DNA of 64,000 nt, taken from the NCBI GenBank assembly GCA_951406725.2, contig OX597835.1, positions 1,922,001 to 1,986,000 on the forward strand, given 5' to 3'. This DNA comes from Octopus vulgaris. Its lineage: Eukaryota. Both the position numbers and the translations under genes were made by a program. Shown one piece after another: positions 25,732 to 40,890 of this stretch. Numbering within the stretch: the stretch's first letter is position 1; the number at the start of each line of letters is the position of its first letter. Under the pieces are notes generated by a model. It was not told the DNA's origin and did not search any database. It saw only the letters and a list, made by a program, of their open reading frames with translations.

Positions 25732-26792
25732 TTTCTCCAATTTCTTTTGTTATTGCAACACTAAGGTCATTGTACTTTCTGTTCTTTTAATCTTGAAAGT
25801 TTTGCTTGTACAAGTTTTGTACATTAAAAAGAAATAAAAGAAATGACAACAAACAATGAAACTATTGCTTACAAGCAAAATATATATCAAAACTGCATAA
25901 ACAGCTTGTGATTATTATTTATATTGAAATTGATTGGCCAGGTTTCAATTAATACTGAAATTAATTTGGAAGTATTTATTCAACTAATTTCTTTCTTAGA
26001 TAAAATTATGGAGGGCTTTAATTTATCAATGTAAACTTTAAAATTGATGGGTTTTGTATGTAGACCTAACCAGAGGTCAAGAATAGAATTCCACAACAGT
26101 ACATATAAAAATGCTTCAAACCAAATGGTGAATAAATCAATAAACAGGGGATGGTTAAGAGATAAAATGATGGCCAGCATGAACAAGAACAAGAACTATA
26201 AAGAGATTATAGGAATTCAAAATTTAAACCACACCAAGTATAAATAGATATGACAAAGGAGTCTATATGCAGTCAGTCAATCTTTTAGGAAATAACAGCT
26301 TAATCTCCTATAAATCACAAGCAGCCATCTTAAGTAAAGGCTATAAGTGTAGTCCACTAAACAAAAAAGGCAGGATAACTTTGTATATATTGTATGATTA
26401 GGATTAACTTGGGACCAAACAGTTGAGCAAACGAAGGAGTCTTTACAAGATAACTTGAAGGGGGGGTCACTGTCTTGTATTCCAAGATATACAATGCCCC
26501 CAAAAAATCATTGGATGGTCATGGCTGGAAAGTTTTTCCATAACAGAAAACTGGTATGATGCTAAACAAGGTGCATTCACAGGTTTGCTGGACCAGGGCT
26601 GGCCAAGGAGTAAGGTAGGAGACAACACACAGCATCAAAATAGGTGAAGGACGAGGAGGAGGAGTAGAATACTCAGCAGCAAATTGTTAACATTCAATTC
26701 ACAATTTAATATTTCCATGATTGTACCATTGCATCATTTAAAGAAAAAGAAATTGGATAAAAATTGATATATATATATATATATATATATAT

Positions 26793-27158
26793 GTTAGTTA
26801 GTTAATTTGGCTCAAAAGCAAATAGCAAGGCCATGTAGGGGGACATGGAGTTAAGTACAGGGTGGTGTTCATGTAAAGAGTTCAGGCCACTTGAGGTCCA
26901 GGGAGGCTTTGAACAAAGCGGTCGTCAGCATCTTCACCATCTCGTCTGGCAGCTTGTTCCACGGATCCGCAACCCGGATGGAGAAAGCTCCTCTCCTTCG
27001 ATTGAGATGAAATCGTCGCAGGTAGAGCTTTTCGGAATGACCCCGCAGCCGACGCTCTTGGAGCAGGAGTGAAGAACAGCTCTTTCGAGAGGTTACACTT
27101 TCCGCTTATGATGTTGTGGGCGAGAATGAGATCACCACGGCGGCGGCGTTTTTCTAGA
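26793..27158 (-). mobile_element. 5'-truncated CR1-clade LINE, inserted in a (TA)n tract
   Basis: LEKRRRRGDLILAHNII...(frameshift)RLRGHSEKL...FSIRVADPWNKLPDEMV...FKASLDLKW...* is the typical CR1 ORF2 C-terminus. (TAAC)n tail; CpG retained, so probably young. Confidence 0.9.
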
Positions 27159-28849
27159 TATATATAATTAGCTGGCTCACCCAGTAATTCCCGGAAATGC
27201 AGGGCCTATCCTTTGGTTCTGTTCTTATAACAGTTTTACTAATCCAATAGCAACAATACAAAGTATGTAGCCCTTAAAACGGTTTTTGTGCATTTACAGA
27301 GAATACCAAACCCCAAACCATCTTACATGGGATTTTGTTTTTCGGAAATCCCAATAAGTTATGAATACCAAAATTGTGAAGTCAGTTATGTAATAACATG
27401 CAAATTAGTTACCCAATAGTAACAATTCAAATAAAGTAGCCCTGAAAAGGGCTTCAATGCACTCCCAGAGTATATAGAACTTAGGAGGAAATATCAGTAA
27501 GGTATGTATACCAAAATCGTCAAGTATATTACATAACAGGCAAATCAGATATGAGATAATAATAATTCAAAGTAACTCTGTAAAGTTCTTCCTGTAGCAC
27601 CTGTCAATTAGCTGAAGTGGCATGAAAGGCATCATTATTATTCATAGAATATTCATGAATAATAAGTCAATAACCAAAATAAGTGGATCTATTGTTGAGG
27701 AAAATACTACCTACTTGTTTAAGGGTTGGTCTGGGTACAGTGCGCAAAATAACCCTAACAGTTCAAATACTAGAAAACAAACATACTTAACTTGATTTAT
27801 GTCATATAAAATATAATATTTTGAAAAATTTTTGCACAGTTGCCATGGAAACAGTACACCAATGGTAAAATTTGCAAGTAAGTTGTGGCATTAATATTTC
27901 CATAACCCAAGGTAAGATTTTACTCAAATTTGTTTTAAATGAAAGAGCTTAGGTAGGTCTATGAAATATCATTAAATTTATATATTGACTTCGATCAGGG
28001 ATTAGATTGCTAGTATTCTAACCCCGAGTGTTTGTCCACCACCATCACTCGCCAACTGATGTTGATGTGTTTATGACCCCATAACTTAAGCACTTTGGTC
28101 AGCAAAAGGGACCAGCAGAATAAGTATCAGACTTTAAAGTACTAGGGGTCAATTCATTCAACTAAAATTCTTTGAGGCAGTGCCCCATGGCCACAATCTG
28201 ATGACAGGAACATGTAAAAGATAGCATCACTTATTGAGGCACCATTCCAGTCAGATGCTCTTCCTGTTGCCAACCCTTGTTTTTTTACTCTTTGCTGGAT
28301 ATGCAAATGTATCACTAAATACCCAAACAGTGTCAATGCAGACTTGAGGAAAACATGCCAACACACACACACACACACATTCACATGACAAGCTTCTATG
28401 CAGTGGCAACCAATTTCATTTACCAGTCCACGGCTTTAAATGAAGACACTTGTCCTAAGTGCCACACAGTAAGACAGAGCTTGATACTTAAACGGTTACA
28501 AAGCAGATTTTAGTACACAGCTATCCTCTTACCTATAAATGCTTCTTTATATCTATCTAAATAAAGGAAAAAAAAACATGTTGGTGCACGTTTCTGCAAA
28601 CATGACTTCCAGTACTTGACCTAAAGCACATAGTAATACACTGGTCATATCAACAGAGGGAACTATCCCACTATCTACATTTTATGTACTGAATACTATT
28701 CTCTAAACTTTTGCCACAAATAAAAGCCTGGTTAAGAAAAAGGAAATGATTATCTTTGAATAAATGCAAAAAATGTTTCCTGAAGACTTTATCAGTCATT
28801 AAGCAGTAAGACTGAACTAAATAACCCATGAATATTATACATGACACGG

Positions 28850-29260
28850 CTAAACAGAAAATGGGACCAAGGTGATAAATGTGATACCCCAGATGAACTG
28901 AAATGATTTAGGAAGAATCCAAAATGAAAATAAGGAGCACAACAGTGATATAGTAAAGTTAAATGAGCTATGGAGGACCAAGTACTCTATCCCCCTCGGA
29001 AAAAAACACATGAAGTCAAAAAACAAGGAACTGAGACAGTTGCTAAAAACTGACAAAGATTGTCATAGGTTACTGTATATTGAAAAGTGGAAAATTTTCC
29101 AAGACCCTATCTCTAGTATGTATGAGGCAAGGTACAAACAATTCAAATATCCATTCCCCGACAAAACACAGCAAGTTGAGGGCAAACAACTAAAATATAA
29201 AGACATCACCAGTGAAACCGTTCTGACAAAATGGAAATCATGTAGATGAGACCTAAGTCA
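28850..29260 (+). mobile_element. Highly decayed LINE reverse transcriptase remnant
   Basis: KQLKYKDIT...WK.H resembles the KYLG...W..H block; an upstream PSTLSP-like motif B remnant. Confidence 0.35.
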
Positions 29261-30006
29261 GATATTAGTATAAAAAAATTCAAAATACAATGCACACCGA
29301 GTCATTCAGAAGTCCCTTTAGTATTGAAATGTTATAATAAATTTAAGCACTAAAAGAACTTTTGAATCATCATCAATTTAGGGTCCATTTTCCCATACTT
29401 GCATGCGTCAGATGAAATTTGTTAAGACAGATTTACTTTGGCCGGGTGCCCTTGCTGTTGCCAACCTTTATCTGTTTCCAAACAAAGTGATATTCCTCCA
29501 TGGCCAGACATGGTTTCATGGAGGGTTGAAAATGAAAGACAATTGCTTATATGATGATACTCGTTTACAACAAGCTCACAATGTCAAGACAAGGTCACAC
29601 CCACATCTGAGTGTGTCCAATGGGCTTCTTTCAGTTTCCATCTCTGAAATTTACTCACAAGGTTTTGATCGGCCGAGGGCTTCAGTACAAGATACATAGT
29701 GCCACATAATACAACTGAACCTAAAACTATGTAGTAGGGAAGCAAACTTCTTAACATAACCATATGAGAGACAGAGTATGTGTATATACTAGTGCTAACA
29801 CACTATCTTCAAGATAGCATTTATGCAGTAATATGTAGAGTTTGCATATATTTGTACATGGGAGTAAAGGGGCAAATACATCGACAAGAGGGAATAAATG
29901 ATATGAAATGGTTTGAGAATCACCAAAGTAAAAAATTCTTTATTGGTTAGAAACAGAGTATTTATGTGTGTGTGTGTGTGTGTATGTATGTATATATATA
30001 TATGTA

Positions 30007-30061
<55 letters not shown>

Positions 30062-30135
30062 GTTAAAAAGGACAACTAACGTTAAGGCAAGGCAATCATT
30101 TCAATGTGATATTATTATCATTGAAAAAAATTCAA

Positions 30136-30193
30136 AGACTTACAGCTGTTTCTGGGATATCCCAGAGCATGGCATATTCCGTCATCAGAGACA
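30136..30193 (-). ncRNA. Type I hammerhead ribozyme motif (PLE-type), decayed stems
   Basis: TTGTCT-CTGATGA-CGGAATATGCCA..TGGGATATCCCA-GAAA-CAGCTG-TA-AGTC. Intact core and palindromic stem III, next to a (TA)n tract. Confidence 0.65.
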
Positions 30194-31473
30194 AATAGGG
30201 AAAATGAGAAGGGTATAGATTAATGAAATAACAACATAGAGGACAGGAGTAAAGGAATAAGGAGATGAAGAGAGAGAAGAAAAAAAAGCATAAGAGTCCA
30301 CAGTTCAACTTTCCGATGTTGTAGATACAAGTCCTGGACTTAGGTGCAATCCTGCGTAAATCCACGTGGGTCAAAGTTCTGATATTGTAAACATCCATTA
30401 CAGCACTTACCTAGCGTACCTAATCGTTTAGATCACCTATGAACTAAACTCCCATACTTTGTGTGTGTGTATATTACACACCTTTGGAGTGAACAAAAAG
30501 GAGATCATTAGGGTCAAAATGGTTTAAGAGACTTTGTTTCAACCAGCATTAAAAGGCTGAGGGGTGCAAGACAAAGGTGCAAATATACCACCTGCACTGA
30601 CCCATACTCCTCATACTTGCAACATCTGCAGGCTTCTTTGCAAATTGTTTGTGAGACTCATCTATCACATTTGACTGACAAAGAAAGGATGGTCGTCATA
30701 TCTTCTTGGGTTGAAACTGACAAGAGTCTATCATACACACGATTGTTTTTGTCAGACAAATGAGAGAAGAGTGTTCAATGCATGTGGCTGATGATGTGGG
30801 GCTCATTTTTATTGAAAATGAAATTCAGTCTGTCCTATGACTCTCACCTCATTGCAGTCTTTAGGCAAAACTTATTTGCCTCGGAACTACCTGATAGGCT
30901 ATGCAAATATCACCTAACCAGAGATTTTTAGATTCCCATTCCCCAATGGCAATTTTGACTGGACCCTCAGTTGGAATAGTCTCTCCCCATCTCTCCTATG
31001 AGTTCTCATTCAACAAAGACTTAGAACAGCATTGCCAAGTTACCTTTCACTCAACTTTAGTAAGACTGAATATGCCCCAATCATTAGAGTTTCCATCAAT
31101 TACACTGCTATGCTATCCAGAGCACCTCACACCTCTGAACAGTGACATATCTCTTATATTTCACTTCTTTCATTACTGAGAATACTTAACATATAACTTC
31201 TCTTCAAGCTAACTGATATTGTTCCTTGTGACCCACCGCTCTTCTATTATTTCCAAGCCCATCTCTGAGCTTTTATGGCTCTATTATACTTTTCCCAGCA
31301 CCATATCACCTGTCTGATTTGAATCTAAAGTGAAGAACTCCTCTGTTAACTGAGAATGTGGTGATATTTTTCGTCAGGTGTGCACAAGAAACTACCGCAG
31401 CCTACTTCATTTGGTATGTCATAGGCAGAGAGAATATGAAATGTTCATTCATGGTGGACAGAGTTAAAAGCTA

Positions 31474-32177
31474 CCCTTATGATACTAACCTGGCCATAGC
31501 TGGCCGAAAAAATTTTTTGGTTCATAAGACCAATCCGGTCGAAAGTACTCATTGTTATTTAAATGTGAATTTAAGCACAAATCTCCTTAGTACATTTGTG
31601 AAAATACGTGATTTCATTTTGTAAATAGTTGAGTTATTATAGTATCCAACATTGCTTGACATGATATCTCTGAACTCAGTGAATTTTGGGAGATTTTTTT
31701 CCACATTTGTTCGGCATCAATATTTTCCTCAACTTTGAAAATGAATAGGAGTTTCATGCTACCAAGCAGTGATTCCAAATTTAAAGGTTTTTCAACAAAA
31801 AATATGGATATCGAGAAAAAGAATGAATGAGGTACAAAAGCACGTGGTGTACGAGAATGAATAGGATATTTCTGTATCTAAAACCGAAAGCAGCGATTCT
31901 GAAGAAACTGAAAGCGGTGATAGTGTCAATATTTTATTTTTTTCCTTTTGCTCAGTTTACCTGGATTTACCTGTAATTAAAGTCACTTTGAGACAAAAGT
32001 TATGCAATAGAATTGATTAAGAACCCTTTCTTTAATCATGTTCCAAATATCACAATAATATGTTGAGTAAAAAAGTTATAGTTGTTTAATGAAATTAGTC
32101 TAAATTCATGATTATTTTAGAATTTAATTGAAACTCATGAGGGGTGTATTTTGGTCAGAAATATAGTAACGAAAGGG
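31474..32177. mobile_element. Decayed piggyBac-like non-autonomous element
   Basis: Left end CCCTTATGATACTA and right end TAGTAACGAAAGGG|TTAA form imperfect TIRs. Confidence 0.45.
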
Positions 32178-33937
32178 TTAATGAAATCTGCAAAGATGGC
32201 ACACATCTTTGCTGAGACGGTTTCAGTAAGACAGTAAAGAGTTAAGATAGGTGCAAGGACAGAACAGTCTTTGCAAAAGTTGTTTTGGTTTGATCTGAGT
32301 AGTGTTTCAATAGGGTCCGAGATGCGAATGAGCATGATATGGTTGGAGTGTCTGGCTGAGCATGACATCAGAGCCAATCCCAGGATACAAGCCATACTCT
32401 AATAGATATTCACCTCACATACAATCACAAATGCTCAAACTCAAACCATAAACTTAGAGTCAGATGCCATTGAAGCCAGTCTCCTTACAAACTGCTCAAA
32501 TACAAAGTCCATAATCATTGATGAAAATACTGGTGAGTGTGATCTTACACTCTCATCAGGGCTCATTGAATGAGTTGCTGATTTCAGCTACCTGGGTTTC
32601 AATAAACTCTATCAACTTTAATGTTAACATTTGTAAAGTGATAACATGGTCAGTATCCAACAAACTACAGAAACTCTGGAAGGCACAACGATTTGTCCCA
32701 TGAACTAAAACGGCCCATTTTGTGCCACAGTAGAATATGTTCTGCTCTATACTTTTGAATGTTTGTCCCTTATGATGCCCTGGCCACAATCCCAAGACAG
32801 TGCACACACTTGACTTAAACATCTCTTATGCTGACACCAGATTGATCTTTACCATCCCTTGGTCAGATGGTTAAAAGTTGCAGGCCACAATTTGTATCAA
32901 TGATACTAACCCAAGAGGTGTTGACAAATTTACATTGATAATACCAGACTGAACTGGGTTGATATCCTTGACTAATTACACAAATGACTAACAATTAAAG
33001 CAGGTATATAATTTTCCCAGTAAAAGTTTAATGAATAAATAATCTACTAAAAGTATGGAGTAATCCTTCAGTTTAATGGTAAACAGTTTTTTTTTTATTG
33101 ATGATGATGAACTTGACATAAAAACAAACATTAATAACATACATGTATCATAATTATCGTCATTTTAATAACCACTTTTCCATGCTTGCATGGATCTTGA
33201 GGTAGATTGTCTGTGGTTGAATACGCTTTCTGCCACCAACCCTCACTTGTGCTCATTTACAACCATCATGTAATGTCTGGGTGGGAGTAGACACACACAC
33301 ACACACCCACTCCACACACAAGCACAAATGTATGACAGGCTCCTTTCAGTTTCCCTCTATCAGATCTACTTACAAGGCTTTAGCTGGCCTGGGGCTATAA
33401 AAACCACTTATCCAAGGTGCTGTGCAATAGGATTGAATCAAAAATTACAAAACTGAGAAGCAAACCTCTCAACTAGTCATGTGTGTGTGTGTGCATGTAT
33501 ATTATATTATTTTAATTGGCAGATGTTACTTAGTGACTCAAGGGCCAAAAGTTTCATGTATGGCCCTTAAAATGCCATTAATAAAACTCCTAGCCCTTGA
33601 GTGAGTTTTCCTAATTAGAATGATAAGTGAGCGTGTCTCGTTGCCTTAACATCGCGTAATGGTCGTGAACGAATATCGCTCTTTATGCTAACAGAGCTGT
33701 TTGTTCCTAATCCGCAAAAAACCTGTCCTAACCATAGGGAAATGTTATCATGCTTACAAACAGGTGTGGGCTGGCAACAAGAAAGGGATCCGGCCCTAAA
33801 ACCATCTGCTCCAAGGAATTCTTCTCGATCAATACAAGCATCGAAAGGTGGACATGAAAATGATTTTATAAAACAATAACTTTTCATATCTGGTAAAATT
33901 TTAACAGCATTTGTGTTAAAGTTCAATTCTTATATAC

Positions 33938-33988
<51 letters not shown>

Positions 33989-34479
33989 ATATAAACATAT
34001 ATATCTTAATATATAATAGTGAGTGTAGGAGTGTTCGAAGTTGGATACATCTTTTCGAGGAAAATGTTGGGTAATTTTCTGAAATTTGTTCTTTTTAGCT
34101 TCTTGAGAGAAAAACTAATATCACATACCCCAAGTACTTCAATTAGATACAAGTGGGACTGAACAAGAAAGCGTGTGGTTGGGAAGCAGGTTTTTTACCA
34201 CACAGCCATCCAGAAATACATACACACACACACACACATATTTCGAGAAGAGCAGGTAAAAATATCGATATTAACCATTGCAACTAATTATATAATATCG
34301 TGAATCACAGCAATGAGACAAAAAAAAATCAGATCCATCCTTAATTATACAAAATGAAGGACGAGAGAGAGACAAAAGAGAGAAAGGAGAGGCGGCGGCC
34401 AAAGTTTAAAGGGTACGCATCAAACAACGTTGTCTATCCTTCAAATATCACTCTCATTCATATATACACACACACACAC

Positions 34480-34518
<39 letters not shown>

Positions 34519-34519
34519 T

Positions 34520-34552
<33 letters not shown>

Positions 34553-34890
34553 CACATACATACACACACACAAAGTTGAAAGTATTTAGACTTTTTTTTC
34601 TTTTTGTTTTTGCGAATTTTTATATTTCATTTCTGAGAAACGCTTCTGCGATTTTCAGAAAAATAATTTTTAAAAACCCAGAAAAACAGAAAAAACAAAG
34701 AAACAAACATTTTCATTCAAATGAAGCGATTATCTAAAAGTCAAGAGGATTATTTTTTTGCATCAAATATTTCTCCCAGGCACATTTTATTTCATTCGAA
34801 ACTAAGAACCAAAGATTTGTGGGTGTATATGGTATACTACACACATATACACGCGTACAACAGAGTTTATGCATTTTCTGTGTGTGTGTA

Positions 34891-34930
<40 letters not shown>

Positions 34931-36173
34931 TATATATATATAATAATAAATATTAGGGAATAAATCCAAACTTACAGGGAAAAATCAGATTTAGGATTGA
35001 ATCCAATTTTATAGTAAAATATATTATATTAAATTAGAGACAAAACTTCTCTAATTTAATATATATATATATATACACACACGCGACTTGCAATATATAA
35101 TATATACTCGTTATAGTGTGTGTATATGCAATACACAAACGACTTACAATGTGGAACAGACACCTACACTTTAATATTGAGAAAAAAATGTTATATCCAC
35201 AATTTGATATAGAATAAAGCGTGTATAAAGATATGTATACACAGGAATCATCCTACAATTATATATATATATATATATATATACAATTAAACTAAGTGAA
35301 ATATACGACAGTCGTCCTCGTCTTTCTCTTTTATTTGTTTAATGTAATATTTGAGGAACGAAGCAGAAAAGAATTGAATTCTTCGCTCCGTCCTGAGCCA
35401 CAATGAAAGTATTTTGTATTCAACAATGCAATAACATAAGAAGAGCTGCGATGGTTGTGTGAGTGTGTGAACGGCAAATAATAATAATATAATTATTTCC
35501 CACAGTAATAAATGAAAACAGAACCAACGTTTTCAGCAGCGACCAAAAGAGGCAGCGAAGGCGATGGCGACGAAGGCGAAGGAGACACTTTCATCCTAAA
35601 ACCAAAAACTATCCGCCATGTTCTTTACACCGAACAAAAGATTTGGGAAGTTGGCAGCGAAGCAGAGGCGAAAAGACACTCTGCACACGAACAGACCGAG
35701 TCGCATTAGACATGTATAGATACATAAAAACATCTACGAAGCAGGAATTGCTGGTTGGCTGGTGTTGTTTTAAAAGCCTCAGGTCAAGCCTGCCATCAAA
35801 CAAACGAACCTCCTTACAATCAGTATATCTTAGACTTAGACTTCTTCCCCCGCCACCTTTTTTTCCTTTTATTTAAAAGATGTTAGGATGTGGTCTGAGG
35901 GAGATTTAGCTGCTGTTTCCAGATAGCAGAATGACTACGTAGATAAAAAAAATTGTGTTTATATATATATATATATATATATATAGTTTGCACTATGTAA
36001 CACTACACTCGATTTTTGCATTGAGTACTACTTTTATAAGTAATCCACTTTGAGTGACGAACCAGTTTCAACAAATACATAAAATACAGAGGCTTCATGG
36101 CCAGAGTGAAGTATATCTGAATGTGTGTATACACACACACGGACATATTTACCTTCGCCTAGTCTGCCTCTAC

Positions 36174-36174
<1 letters not shown>

Positions 36175-36268
<94 letters not shown>

Positions 36269-36278
36269 TACACACACA
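36175..36278. repeat. (CT)n(AT)n(AC)n microsatellite
   Basis: Direct reading. Similar tracts at 6342-6428, 29965-30057, 33930-33985, 34460-34570, 37388-37477, 40830-40882 and 57055-57310. Confidence 0.95.
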
Positions 36279-37387
36279 CAACGACTCACAGAAGACATAA
36301 TCAAAGGCATTCCACTGTGACTCGCCAACCTTTTATTCTAACTCTACACTATTCTGAGTCCTTTGCAAATAGAAAGAAGTGGAATGCAAGTCAAGTTAGA
36401 TTTGCTGCTGTTTCTAGCAAAGTGGTTATGCAAGCGACATGTCTTTCAATGCAGGGAAAATGTAGTGTTGATGATGATGATGATGATCATAATAATAATA
36501 ATAATAATAATAATGATGATGTCTGTCAATTTACAAAAGCAGAAACGAAGGGGAAGTGAGTAATAACCGCTGAAATAGACCTCACTACTTGACAGGTTGT
36601 GCATTTTATCGACCCCGGGTGGATGAAAATTAAAGCCGACCTCGGTGATAATAAAAATAATGTCTAAATAATAAGCAACAGCTTATAAAATTATGTAGAA
36701 CACACAACACACATTTAGATGTGTGTAAGTTTATATATAAGAAATTAGATTTACACACACACACACACTAGCTTATTAAATCAAAAAATTTTCCATTGCT
36801 TATCTCAAAATACAGGACTTACGTCACCAACGAAACAAGAAACGCATGAACATCACACATTCTCATTCCTTTCACTTTACAAAGAAAATTTTTTTAAGAA
36901 AATGTCTTAATGGGAGTGTTTTTGACTGTCTCAAACTAGTTCACTAAATGCTTGTCAATTTACAGATTTTACACAATGTGTGTGTGTGTGTATAATTATG
37001 GGAAACAGTTGTGGCTGATAACCTTTCTTTGTGCGACCCCAAATATTCAGGGATAGGAAGGGGGGAGAGAGAGATTTAACTCGGGGGGGGGGGGGGGATC
37101 TTTTGGGTCAATCGAGTAAAAGGAAAAAGGGAGTCGGTTTATGTTAGTTTATTACTAAGACGGGTGGACAACAGCGTAGGAAGAAGGTTTCTCGGCTATG
37201 CCATCGGTTACTAAGGTAGACGTTGACAAGAGGGTGTTTTCCACTGCCCCCATCCTTCTTCCACCGACAACAGACCTTGTAAAATAGGGAAACATGGAGA
37301 GTAACACACAAAACACGTGCGTGGATTCTCTACCACAGACGGGGAATGCTTAATGCGTGAGCGCTTATCACTAACTTGTGTTGCATC

Positions 37388-37463
<76 letters not shown>

Positions 37464-37622
37464 GTGTGTGTGTGTGTATGAGTGCGCGCGCACTGGGATT
37501 TTTATGTGTCCACACATATAGATTAACAGAAAATGTATTACTGGCTAATTTTTAAATATATTTTATCTTTACGACGAATTGAGGATTCTTCTAAACTACA
37601 TGCGAACGCAATACTATACTAT

Positions 37623-37685
<63 letters not shown>

Positions 37686-39880
37686 TATGCACACGAGTGC
37701 CTGGACAAACGAACAGGCACTCACATTTTTGGGGAGTTACAGGTATGGATCAAAACAGTTTGTTTCATGTGTGTATGTATGTATATATATAATATATATA
37801 CACACACAAATAAATGAATGTACACATACTAGCTAAAAAAAAGGGTATACATGCATTTCCCCGTATATATAACATAACGTGTTTCACCAAGATCTATGCA
37901 TTTATTATATACATACACACACACTTCTCTATCAGATCAATATATATATTATACATAGTCAAATCTCACTTCAGGTAATATATATACACACACACACACA
38001 CTTCACGTCAATACATCCATGTTTCCAGATCCCTCTTACACACGTAATCCTATCGACACCAGCTACAACAGCCTCTGCATTCAAGACAGGTGTGTGTGTG
38101 TGTGTGTGCTTGCTACTTGTTATGAGTCACACAGACAAGTCGACAGTGGAAATTATATCTCCCCACGAGCTAAAAGCTTCACTCATCTACTTCATCATCT
38201 AAGACACTCCCACCATTACAGACAAACACTCAAGGAGTAAATCACCAGCCACAGACACTGAGGAGGGATGACAGTTGGAAAGGCGTCTGAAATTTAAATA
38301 TTTATTTTCACCAGGAACCAAGAACGAAAGACGAGGAATCCGTACGGACCAAGGCAGCCGAACCATGCAAACTTAATATTCAATATACATGCTTCCAACT
38401 TTTATGGACGCGATGTACATAAATGTGTGTGTGTGTGCGTGCGAATATGTGTGTGTGTGTATGTGTGTGTGGAGTGCTCAATTCCACCATCAACTGGAAA
38501 ACTGGTCGTCATAACTGACAAAGTGTCAGTCCATAATACCGAACAATAATATATATTATACTCACGCACGCGTATATATGCATATTTATTATCTATATAA
38601 ATCGGTGTGAGCCTATTTGTTGAGGCAGATTCTCTCTGGCCGAATGCCTTTTCTGTTGCCCTCACTCGTTCCAAGCAAGATCTTTCCCAACGACCATACA
38701 TATTCACATGGCAGATTGTTAACAAATAACATCACTTGTAACAGAGTGACCCTCCATTAAGCTATTGCACACTGTCAAAATGAAGAGGTGTATATATATA
38801 TATATATATATACACGCTTCTTTCAGTTTCTGTCAACTCACAAGGCTTTGAGCAAATTAGGACTATAGAAGACACTCGTCCAAGGCACCATGCAGTGGAA
38901 CTAGACATAGTTGGGAAGCTATAATAAAAATTCCTTGATATAGACACAAGACCTGAAATTTGGGGAGGGGGTAGTCAATTACATCAATCCCAGAAGGATG
39001 AAGAGCAAAGTTGACCTCAGTGGAATTTGAACTCAGAACAAAGACACAAGAAATGCTGTCAGGCATTTTGTCTCGTGTGCTAACCACTCTGCCAGCTCAC
39101 CACTTTAGTAAGAACAATAATAATAATAATAATAATGATCCTTTTCTATGAAAGGCATAAGGCCTGAAACTGGGGGAGGGGGTTAGTTGATCATATTGAC
39201 CCCTGTGCTCAACTGGTACTTATTTCATTGACCCTCAGCAGGATTTCAAACCAGAAGAAATACTGCATGGCATTCTATTCAACACTAATGATTCTGCAAG
39301 TTCACTGCCTTCGTAACAATAATACTGAAGACAAGATTCAGGCCAACTGATGAACTTTAGTGCAGCCGAATAAAGGCGCCTCCTCCATCACAATCCTTGT
39401 CTGACCGACAAGACAGACAGAAGACATAAAGTGCTGAATGTGAAATAACAGGTTCAAAATTCAGTTTTCTTCCTGTCCAGCCTGTTGCAGGCCAGTTCCC
39501 AACAACTATATTATATCGTGTGGGTGTGTAGTGCAACCATTCAGACAGCAAATAACCATGTGTCTTCCAATATATCCAAAAGTTTAATCTGGATGGAATC
39601 TACAGTTGTGTAGGTTACAGAGAAAGTAAAACAACAGGAATTTGGATATTTAAAGTATCTTTAAATCTTCAGTGATTGTGCAACGCATTAGGAATCTTTA
39701 AGTCATACTAGGGAAATGACCGTATAGTTGTATGAACGATTAAAGAGGGGTTATGCAATTTCTAAACAAAATGCAAAAGGTTGGCAACAGGAAGAGCATT
39801 TGGCCACAGAAAATGTTCAAAGTTTCTTCTAACATAGACTGGGATGAGAAAATGGGTCTATAACCAAATGAACAAATACA

Positions 39881-39930
<50 letters not shown>

Positions 39931-40829
39931 CAATAGAAATAAATAAAAGGAAATAACTGATAGCAGTGAGTGGCATGTTTTCAACAAGAGAACATTAAAT
40001 TTCATACAAGACACAAATTCTTTTTCACTGAAATTATCTTCTCATTTCAGACAAAACAGATCCATCACTTTGTAGCAATTGGGATCAACTCTAAATGAAG
40101 AGGAGAGATAATCCCTAAAAATCAAGAATTTCCAAAACTGATATGCCATTAACAAAACAAAAGTCTGATTGTGTGGAGACAAGAAAACAGCTGTCCATAC
40201 ATTTCTGGTTCAACAGACATCCATAAACATTCATACAGTATATATATATGTATCTATATGCAATATATGTGCATGTGCACAAACACAACCACACAATATA
40301 TGTGTTCACATAGACACACCATCATTATCATTTAATGTGTTGTTCATGCTGGCATGGGTTGGACCACATAGACTAATATATCCATTCAGTTTATGCATGT
40401 ACACATGTGTGTGTATATGGGTGTATGTGTGTGTGCACTAAAAATACACATTAAGTACAGGAGAAAATACCAAAAGAAGTCCAACTCCTCCTCAGTTGTC
40501 AACTGTTTTACTTCTCCCTGTTTCGTGCTTTTAACGACAAGGTAGGAAAACTTCATAAGACAGCAGCACCCAGAAATTTTTAAACTATCAAATTTGAGGA
40601 GAACAACCAACAACACAGTGGATGTACAAAGTAAACAATCGATCAAAACAGACATTAAGAGCCGTTAGGCCAAGATAGATTGTAATGGGCAACACCTGGA
40701 AAATTTTTTTAAAGGAAATAGAATAAATAGAAGAAAATAGAGGAAAAGAAAAAATGTCGGGAAGCAACAGAAATGACGTCCAGCCTGGTGGGTGTCTTGT
40801 CCAGAAAAGAAAGGGCTATGTACACACGT

Positions 40830-40890
<61 letters not shown>

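Noticed and set aside
37083-37097. Poly-G run / G-quadruplex candidate (also 61090-61190)
   Set aside because: Simple homopolymer or low-complexity purine tract with no further support.
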